Of a DNA stretch of 63,829 bases, positions 44,829-55,800 are shown in pieces. Source of the DNA: Ostrea edulis. Its lineage: Eukaryota. The stretch covers positions 9,610,172 to 9,674,000 of the forward strand of contig NC_079170.1 of the NCBI RefSeq assembly GCF_947568905.1, given 5' to 3'. Each line of letters opens with the position of its first letter. Position 1 is the stretch's first letter. Made by a program: the position numbers and the translations under genes. The notes below the pieces were generated by a model that was not told where the DNA came from, did not search any database, and saw only the letters and a program-made list of their open reading frames with translations.

Positions 44829-47800
44829 ATGGCTATGCTACTGAGGCTAAGTTTGTGTGTTTTTCTGATTTTGGTGGGAGAGGACTTGCTGGTATGTATG
44901 TATAATCATGTCCGATGTAAATTAAGTTATTTCATTAATTACTTTTTTTAATGCAAAGGTGATGCATTGCTTTGAAATAATACAAGTAGTTCAAGATTAA
45001 ATCATTTTTAAATTCAGAAACATCGCATTGGTGTGTAACATATTATTGGGTCTGAATTGTGTGTTCATTTTCGCGAAAGTCCAATTTCATATTCTTAGAA
45101 TGAATAATATTGATATACTATGTGCCATAGGATTAATTGCACGTGTAGAATAGTGTATGTTTAAAACTTTCTCCATAAAAGTCTGTGTTTATATGAGGTA
45201 TTCAGTAACTTTCTGGTGAAAAATACAATTATATCTGAAAATATGAATAAGTGACCATATATTTGTATACAGAATTAGGAACGAATTATCATTGATTCAA
45301 CGTGCATGTCAAAGTAGATAAAATGTTAAATTGAATTTTGATATGGTAATCTATCTCAGGATGATTATAGATGTAAAACAGCAAGAACAGGAGTACCAGA
45401 AGGGACACGCCCATCACAACCTTATGTAGGATGTTTGTCTTAAGACCTTTACTTAGGGTAGTATGAGCCATCATCCAGCGATACACCTGTGCTTTCTTTT
45501 ACATCGTGTGAATAAAAGGTCCTAGCTTAAGTACTGTCACAGAATAGACAAACCAGAACTTCTGAGTTTGAAATATTTCCCCAAAATTGACCTAGTTTAA
45601 AAAACTGTTGGTCTTTTCCCGAACATCAAAGAAAATGAGAAAATTGTTCGGAATGAAAATCTTTGCTATTCGCACATTTTCATGTAGTTTACAAAGGTCT
45701 TATCTTGAAAAATGTGAGAGGAGTTAAATAGACAAATCATGCACTTTATGGTATTTTCTTAGAACTGATTAAGTTCAATAACCTGTAATTTTCTAGGAAA
45801 TTAGAGAAAATAAAAGGCCTTGCCACGTGCACATCTTCAATACCCATAAAATACTTTGTAAAATAGAATACCCTCTCGTAAAATCTGGGGAAGGAGTTAG
45901 ACGGACAAATAATGTACCCTCTGTGTAATATTTCTTCAAAACTGATTAAGTTCATCAACCTGTAATTTTACACACACAAAAATTGAAGACAATCAAAATA
46001 TTGTAACTTGCACATCTTCAATACCCATACGAACACTCTGTAAAATAAAGTACTCACTTGAAAACTGTAGGAGGAGTTAGACAGACAAATCAAGTACACT
46101 CCATATAACATTAAATAAAAAAAAATCACACAACTCATCACACATTATCATCACCCTTGTAGAATTATGTTTTAACACTATTTGTATTTGTACTTAAAAT
46201 GAAGAATCGTGTATATGTTTATACCATAACTACAAGACGACTGTGTTTCATTGTTACATGTATATGTATTATAGGAGACAGATTTACACAAGTTTTCGCA
46301 CTTGTTTCCGAATCTTATTACACTTGTATGTTTCGTGTGAATTGTTCAATTAATAAATACAGTTTAAACCAAATTTCAAATAAAGTGGCAAAACTCCTGT
46401 AAGGAAAGTAGAAATGAATCAAAATTGCAGCATGATCTGGAGTTACTCCCAGAGAAGCTACACAGCAAGTTTGAGCTTGACATGAGACAGAGAAATGAAA
46501 ATAGACACAGAAAACCCCGAACGGACGTACGGACATTTGTAAGAAATGATAATAGACACAGAAAACCCCGAACGGACGTACGGACATTTGTAAGAAATGA
46601 TAATAGCCACAGAAAACCCCGAACGGACGTACGGACATTTGTAAGAAATGATAATAGACACAGAAAACCCCGAACGGACGTACGGACATTTGTAAGAAAT
46701 GATAATAGACACAGAAAACCCCGAACGGACGTACGGACATCTGTACCGTGATACGTCCTAGCTAAAGACTGGCGTGTAAAAACTGCTGGTCTCTGCCGCA
46801 AATAATTATGATACGTCCCACCTAAAGACTGGCGTGTAAAAACTGCTGGTCTATCCTGCAAATAAGTATGATACGTCCCACCTAAAGACGGGCGTGTAAA
46901 ACTGCTGGTTTCTGTTACAAATAAGTGTAATACGTCCCACCTAAAGACTGGCGTGTAAACACTGCTGGTCTCCGCCGCGGATAGGTGTATTTTATGTCTG
47001 AGTAGAACCGGTCGGTGTATTTTCTTCCTCTTGGAATAACTACGTACAGATAGTATGTTATATCATCATCTAAGTTTAGAACACAGACTGTGATAGAGTC
47101 TTTTTACCAATGTCTAATCTGCTTTGTTTGTTTGCCAAAAGACAACAATAATTCAAAATGTGTTGTTGAAGAGCAAAATTCCAATAATTTTCATGAAGTA
47201 CGCTTTTTTGCTGACGGCTAATATGTACTTTGTTTGGTTACCATATACATGTACAGCTGTCTATAAAAAGATATTCTATCAAATTATTGTGGCAAGAAAT
47301 TAAGGCACTGCAATGTCAATTCTTACAACTGTTTTTTGAAGTGATGGTTTCGGGGGACCAGTATAGGATCTCATCAGTAGCAAACTATGATATTTGTTCC
47401 AAATAATTTCAAGTTTATGTGGCAAGGTTATCAAGTAAATTACAAACATGAATAACAAGAGATATGAAATATTTAAAATACTTATATTTTTCATAAAATG
47501 TACATTTTATTTAAACTTTTCCAGGTTTTAAATTTTTTGATTAATTGGTCCCATAAATGTTATGTTTATACCTCCTTAATACAGGTCGTCAGTATGAAGT
47601 CTGCTCGTGCCAAACCTAAGCTGTAAGGTGACCGCCCAGTATTCCGACGGTCCGATAGTCCGACGGTTCGGTAGTCCGACGGTCCGATAGTCCGACACTC
47701 CGATAGTCAGACGGTACGGTGGTCCGACGGTCCGAAACTCCGATAATTTGTGGCCACATATATAAGAGAGTGCTATGTAATAGGCAGCAGAAAACAGGAT

Positions 47801-49769
47801 TAAGTGCCGTGTGCCAGAGCGATTTTTTAACGTCACAAGAGCAAAACATCGCACAGTGGGGAAACTTTGAACGGGTTCGACCTACATCGGGTACCTGTAA
47901 AGTGCGAAACGAAACGAAACGAAATCTACCGAAACGTAACCCACCGAAACGAGACGAAACCCACCGAAACGAAACGAAACAGATTGTATAACCGAACTCT
48001 ATTTATTATAATAATTAAAAATGGTGTTTAACCGAACTCTATTAATTATAATAATTAAAAATGGTATCTTAAGCCCCTGTTAAAGTTACCACATATAAAT
48101 AAAATTTGCCTCCCCATTGTGGTAAGCTTTCGGCTTGACAGATACAAAGTTTTAAAAGTTGGAAGAGGGTGAGTAAGCACAAAGTTCATATCCGAAGTTG
48201 ATTGAATACCCTGTGCAATTAGTTTCGGATCCATAAATTTCAGAACAGAGGGTTACAGTTCGGCATAAATACACGTTTCAGTATTTTTTGCTCTAAAGTC
48301 AAATCTATGTATACATATGGATATTGTGTATTTGTATGTAGTATATCAAACGGTGGATTCTGAGTGTGTCTTCCCGTTCTCTTTGCAATTTCTGCTTCCC
48401 TTGTTCATAAGCCTTTTGAGTTTACAAAATGCTGACCTCCTCCTGATATTATTGCATAAAAAATTCTGTTTTCCGTCCCGTTTTCAATTTCCCGTCCTAG
48501 CAACAAAACAAATGTATAGAGTTATATTTAGACTCACTACATATCAATAATAATTTTTAATAACACACATATATATATTTTACCGAATTGCATTCATATA
48601 ATATGGTATACTATCTAACTTTTTCCATTATTGAAAGTACTCGCACCTCAGCAGTTAGAGATAAAGCTCTTCCTGCTTTCAAATTTCTCTCCGTTCTGAA
48701 ATTTATTGATCTGAAACTAATTGCACATGTTATTTAATCAACTTCGGATATGTACATTTTGCTTACTCACCACCCCCCCCCCCCCTTTCCAGCTTTTAAA
48801 ACTGTGTATCAGTCAAGCTGAAAGCCTATATCAAAGGGGAAGCGAATTTTATTTATATGTGGTAATTTTCACAGGGGCCTAAGATACCATTTCTAATAAA
48901 AGAGTTCGGTTATACAATCTGTTTCATTTCATTTCGGTGGGTTTTCGTTTCGGTAGATTTCGTTTCGTTTCGCACTTTACAGGTACCCACCTACATCTAC
49001 ATGTATATATTTCGGCATCGTCGGAAGCCCACGGTTGATTACGCTTCGTTCCTTTCTCCATCACCCGTGGGTTCATTCATTCCTACTCGCTGTGTGTCTG
49101 TCTGTATGTATGTATGCTGAACTTAAGGAACATTTTCATCGTGTCTTTATAGAGAGCTATGTAGATACATGTAGGTATACATATATACAGATATCTATAA
49201 GGCTTGTAGGGAGGGCTGACAGCGGATACTCGTCAGGGACGTAGCAACAGAGGGGGGGGGGCTGATCCCTTCCTCACTTTTTAAAAAATGTTCCTTTCTT
49301 CTTTTTTACATGTTAAAACTCTTTTTGGTTCGGCTGCCCCCCCCCCCTCCCACTAATCCTTTCTGGCTAGCCCCCAGCTTCCCCCTTTCAAAAACGAGGC
49401 CACGCGCCTGCTCGTGTCCCCTTATCACTTTCAAAAGTAGGGAGTGGAGACAAGAGTATGTATGTCCTTACACTTCTTGGACCCCAAACGAGATCCTCAT
49501 CTTTATATCAAATGTTGTTTGATAACATCCTCCCCTAAATTCTAGTGCAAGAAATTTCTGTTCAAAAATTGTTATTTGCTATAAAGAAAGATATACCATA
49601 AAATAGGTATAAAATTCGGATATACAGATTTCCGTTGAAAAACTTAGATAGGCTCTGATTGGCGCATAATTACATTATTGTCGTTCCATACAAAAATTGA
49701 TTTCCTTATTGATTGTGTTATGCCCTGTTATACAGAAAATTTTCATTTAATAAACTTTTGCCCGTGGAT

Positions 49770-49801
<32 letters not shown>

Positions 49802-52800
49802 TGAGGCCTACTTCAAACTTTTAAGCCTGAGCAGGGTGTAGGGATTCCTACCATTTTTAGCTTGTTATTTCAGGGGTTGGGGGTGATTATGTAGGTTACC
49901 GTCGCCATCTTCATGACGTTTATGTGGAAAATTTTGGAATTGAGTCCCATTTTAGCATGTGTCCCAATCTAAGTTTTGTGCTCTCCTACCAACACTTTAC
50001 GGTATTTGACTACGGCATTGTCGTTGCCTTATAGCTAATAACAAATTCGTCCGAACAAATTGCTAATTCGTCCGAACAAATAGCTAATTCGTCCGAACAA
50101 ATGACTAATTTGTCCGAACGAATGTCCATTTCTTCCGAACAAATCCATAATTCGTCCGAACGAATTACTAATTTGTCCGAACAAATAGCTAATTCGTCCG
50201 AACAAATGGCTAATTTGTCCGAACGAATGTCCATTTCGTCCGAACAAATCCATAATTCGTCCGAACGAATTACTAATTTGTCCGAACGAATTACTAATAT
50301 GTCCGATCAAATAGCTAATTCGTCCGAACAAACTGTTAATTTGTCCGAACGATTTTCTATTTCGTCCGAAGAAATCGGTAATTCGTCCGAACGAATTACT
50401 AATTTGTCCGAACGAATTACTAATATGTCCGAACAAATAGCTAATTCGTCGGAACAAATTGCTAATTTGTCCGAACAAATAGCTAATTCGTCCGAACAAA
50501 TTGCTAATTTGTCCGAACGATTTTCTATTTCGTGCGAACAAATAGCTAATTCGTCCGAACGAATAATATATTTCTATATGGCCTTTCTACGCCGCCGTAA
50601 GTTCACACTTGAATGATTTTGGTCAGAAATTGATTGTCTGATTTATAATCAGGCCGTGTCGATTTTGGCGGTTTCTGGTAATTTCCTTAAAATAATGCCT
50701 GACATGAATACATTTTAACTCTATTAATTAACATTTTTGGTGATGGTCAACATGTCGGACTATCGGACCGTCGGAATATTGAACCGTCGGACTACCGGCC
50801 CGTCGGACTATCGGACCGTCGGAATACTGGGCTTGAACCCAGATGTAAACATAGGTAGTGATTGCTCCTTCTCCAAACCCTCGGCATGCACAAGTGAGAA
50901 TCACGGGTCTTTCAGACATGACATTAACAATTGAAGTCCCGTGTCGCAGCAGGCATTGGCACGTTAAAGAACCCTCACTGCTACAGCCCTGAGCGGAATC
51001 TGATTAAAACCAGATCCTGAGATCCACTCACTTTGATCGCTACACTAGGATCTGACGTAACCCCATATAGGGTCACGTTCGCATGACCGTTCGTTAAGCC
51101 AATCAAATTGACCCTGTCGATTTATACCAACGATAATTTTTCTCCCATGAACTTTGCGTCATTATTTACGTTAGAGATGCAATAAAAATGGCCGCGCATT
51201 TGACAGACGACTGCACACAAAACATGCGATTTAAACAACGTCTGTATTCTCTGCGGGTTTTCTTTCATTCAAACGCTAAAAAATCCCGATGGAGTTCACA
51301 ATTCAAGGAAAATGGCTGCGTTTGTTTGGTTTGAAAGAAAACATATCACAGCTAGATGCGACGTCACAATGCACCGTTTACGTCGACTGGCGTTATATTC
51401 CTCGCGTTATTTAAGTAAACCATTTTGAAAACTATTCAAATCGTACCCATCCCTATTCATACATAAATCGGAATTCACAATTAATTTAATTTGGGTATAT
51501 TTCATATCGTACGTTTTGTTGTTTGTATGAACGGAATAGATGAGGCATTATTGCGAAAGTTTAAAATTCGTTATGCGAGAATGTACAATTTTACAGTGTG
51601 GAATAAACTGGGAGAGAGATTACAGCAATTTGTTTACGAATTGCCAGGAACCGCCTAAATAGCCATCATTGTCTGTATGGCGCAATCTGACTGGCTGATA
51701 GTTCTCATGAATATTCCAAGCGAAAGGTCATGAGGACATGATCCCCTATGGGGTTATGTCAGATCCTATTGTAGCGATTGTGAGCGTATTCTAGGATCTG
51801 ATTTTAATCAGATTGCCCTGAGCGCTAAGCATGGGTCTAAATTTGTGGTACTTCACCTACAGCTGGTGACGTCTCAATATAAGTGAAAAATTCTCGACGG
51901 GACGTAAACAACAAACAATCAATCAATTCTTAATACAAAGAACTTTAACAGTTATAGCAGAATTGATATAATCTCGTATGGTTTTTCAATGTTCTTCGTA
52001 GTGTTTTCCCATCTGTTGTTGTTTGTTTGTTTTCTTGTTTTATTTCATTATAGGTGAATGGCAACGTTGTGGTGACCCTAAATCTACTGAGTTATTCAAA
52101 TAATGTAAATAAGTATGAAGTAAAAGAAGGGAAAACTAAAATACAGTATTGCTGCGGGACAGACACAATTGTGAAGGATCCTAGCCAGAGATGTTTAAAT
52201 TCTTGTAATCCGTCAATAGAAGTCAATTTGCGGTGAGTATTATATCTATTTGACATGAAATTCACTTGTAACTGTATCATGCTATTACCATACTTGTTTT
52301 ATGATATTGCTTTTCTCACACCTGCATTTGGTGTTTATATCTCTCAACTGATTCGATACGCAAGAGCTTGTTCTGCATATGATCAGTTTTTATATCGAGG
52401 CAGACTACTGACAAATAAATTTATGTTACAGGAATTTCAACAGTTTCGTTTAAAGTCAGCATTTAGCAAGTTCTATGGTCATTATAATGATATAATTTAC
52501 CAAATGATACAATCTATCGTTGGGTAATATTTCGACTACAGATTACTCCGTTTACCTGATAAAGATATAGGGCGCACGGCGGGCGTAATCGGTCGACAGG
52601 GGATGTTTACTACTTCTAAGACACCTGATCCCAACTCTGGTATGTTCAGGGGTCCGCATTTGCCCAACTCTTTTTTTTTTGTATTCCTTGTGGGAGTTAC
52701 GACACTGATAACTGTTTATCTTCGCCTTTCTTACTGTCTGACGTGCGACATGTACCAATTGTTAGGACTTTATTTACACACTGAATTTGATTACGGATTA

Positions 52801-55800
52801 CTCCATTTACATAATCTAGATATGGGGATCACAGTGGATGGGACTGGTCAACAGGGAATGCTTACTCCACCTTAGCACCTCATTCCATTTCTGGTATGTC
52901 TAGGGGTCCGTGTTTGCCCAACACTTAATTTTGTATACTTTATAGCTTGATTGATATTGTTTAACATCCCACTCTAGAATTTTTCATTCATATGCAGACG
53001 TCACCATTTCCAGTGAAGGGCTGCAAAATTTAAGCCTATGATCGGCGCGTACGGCGTTTGAGCAGAGAGGGGTCTTTATCTTGACACACTTGCTCCGATA
53101 CGAGGCCTCGGTTTTTACAGTCTCATCCGAAGGACTGCTCCATTTAGTCGATTTTTACGACAAGCAAGGGGTAATGAGGGCCTAATCTAATCGGGAGATC
53201 TTCACCTTTTCATTTTAAAGACCATGGGTCTTTCGGATATTACTTAAAATAGAGGTTCTGTGTCACGGTAATCTTTGGCACGATGAAATTCTGCATTGCT
53301 GCGGCCATGAGCGTCAGGCAATATATTGTATATGTCACAATTTGTGGCACCTACTCTACATAAGTGGAAATACATAGAATGACACGTAAAATAACAAAAA
53401 ACTTAATCTTTGAGAAAATATTTAATGGAAAGGTGAAGAAAACGGACAGTGATCCATTGACCCCTGAACTTACCAGATGTGTGATCAGGTTCCAAGCAGG
53501 AGTAAGCATCCCTTGTCGACCAGTCGCACCCACTGTGAGCCCTATATCTCAGTAGGGTAAACGGAGTAATTCGTGGTCAAAATCAATGTGCAAAGAACGA
53601 CCTCAATCGGTATGAAACATGTCAGACAACACTTTACGTGATGACAGATTGTATTGGTGAATCAGATCGTTATAACGACCATAAAATTGTACGAATTGCT
53701 GACTTTAAACGGGACTGAAAGGATGAAAAGAATTGTCTGCTACATTGACAACTCGATAAATACTATCGTTTGTTGATACATATTTTGTTTTTGTCTTCGT
53801 ATTAATGACAGATCTGGGAAAGGTGGACCTATCATCAGTTCATTGGAGAGTAGATCTCTTGGAAAGACTACGAATCTCGACTTTCAGAACGTCACAGTTA
53901 TTGGCACACTCCAGAACCCGATAAAAATAGATATCCAAAACTGGACGGTAAAATGACTTGTGATACTTTGAGATAATGTTATGACCAGATACCGGTATTC
54001 GCAAAATTGATTTCAATTCAGAATTCAAAGGTCAGTTGTGGTACATCGCTTATATTCATCAAATATGATTACAGACAGAAATGGTTTATTTTTATTCCAG
54101 AACAATAGTTTTGTTGAATTTTTGATCTATGACGGTGACAACAGAAATCATACTCTGGCTCAGGAATTTTTCCAAATTGTGCATGCCAATGTCTTAAATT
54201 CAAATGCGACGCTGCTTTACAATACTCTGACCAGGTAAAAATGAAGACTTGTTATTCTGTCATCTGTTTTCTAACATCTATTCCTCTTAGTTGCTGAGTA
54301 AAGTTTAAAAAGTTAACGTTAACGAAATTATCTTTACAATATGTAAATTCAATTTATCTATTCGCCTGATACGATTTAACTAATGTGATACAATGAAATG
54401 TACGATTTTTCAGGGTAAACATGATTATAACAGTTGAGTGTGATCCACAATTCTATGGCTCGGATTGTTCTCATCGATGTTTATTTCACGTAAACAGTAG
54501 TCACGGAAGATGTAATATGTCGGGTAAAATGGTGTGTGAAGACCATTATTTCGGGCCTAAATGCAATATATTCTGCACTGACAAAAACAATGGAACGTGT
54601 AATGATTATGGAAAACTCATCTGCAATACTCACTTTTTTGGCAATGAGTGTTCCAGGTATTGTGTCGATACAGATCATGGGAATTGTTCTACAGCTGGGT
54701 TTCTACACTGTCAGAATGGTAAGTTAAACAGAAATACTTATCTGTATATGTCAATACATTTCCGGGATGTAAACTTAATTTTTGAAAACCAAAGCACTCC
54801 CAAACCACCAATTTCACATGAGACAAGGTATTGCATAAAGTACAATGCATACATTCTATATCTGATTTACCATTATGAGATTATTTGTACTTAAAACTTC
54901 TAGGATATACTGGACAGAATTGTGAGAGCAAAATTCCCGAATGCATGAAAGCACCTTGTGAAAACGGAGGCACGTGCATAGATTTGACGGACGGGAATTA
55001 TAACTGTAGTTGTCCCCCTGGATGGACTGGAAGAAAGTGTGAAAATGACATTGACGAATGTTCTATGCATATTTGTCAAAACAACAGCACGTGCACAAAT
55101 CTCAACGGAACATTTCAGTGCGCGTGTTTAGCAGGTTGGTATGGTGAGAAGTGTAATGCGGACATTGATGAATGTTCAGTCAACCTTCCTTGTCAAAATG
55201 GAGGATCGTGCTACAACATAAAAGGCGGCTATAAATGTATATGTCTTACTAACTGGAAAGGTGAAAACTGCACCGATGATGTTAATGAATGTCTTCAGAA
55301 TGCATGCCATAGTCACGGAAATTGTTCAAATAGCCCTGGAACTTATTCATGCTCCTGCTATCCAGGCTGGAACGGAACTGGTTGCGATGCAGATGTTAAC
55401 GAATGTTCTGTGTACAATCCCTGCTCTAATGGAGGGTCTTGCCAAAATAATCCAGGATCTTACAGTTGTTCCTGTTCTTCAAACTGGGAAGGCGTAAACT
55501 GCGAACAAGACGTGAATGAATGTTTGCATACGAAGATATGCAATGATCGTGGTAATTGTACAAACTCTGCTGGAAGCTTCCAATGCACTTGTAATGCCGG
55601 ATATCAAGGTGATCAGTGTCAAGAAGACATTAATGAATGTCATCAGAATGAAGCATGTCTTAATGGCGGTACTTGTACAAATACGTTTGGTTCTTACGTA
55701 TGCATTTGTCCCCCAAATTGGACAGGATTGAAATGTGGTGAAGACTTTGATGAATGTTCTCAAAATATTTGCAACAACAATGGAAACTGCACTAATCTTG

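Noticed and set aside
46318-46861. Overlapping repetitive ORFs (108-161 aa) on both strands
   Set aside because: Produced by a 51-bp (17-codon) tandem repeat that happens to lack stops.
46749-46972. Conserved 40-nt block alternating with variable 20-nt segments (CRISPR-like look)
   Set aside because: The variable segments are homologous to one another, so this is a diverged tandem repeat.
50010-50616. Heptad-repeat, coiled-coil-like ORFs of 168-171 aa
   Set aside because: Artefact of a 21-bp (7-codon) tandem repeat inside a MITE; open on both strands, which argues against coding selection.
47627-50839. One 3.2-kb composite transposon bounded by the inverted gtccgacgg arrays at 47627-47730 and 50745-50839
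   Set aside because: Each array seems to have its own two ends and no target duplication flanks the pair; more likely two independent small elements in opposite orientation.
52565-52935. Hammerhead ribozyme in Penelope-associated repeats
   Set aside because: Penelope elements often carry them, but I could not find the CTGANGA...GAAA core with supporting stems by eye; an Infernal search would be needed.
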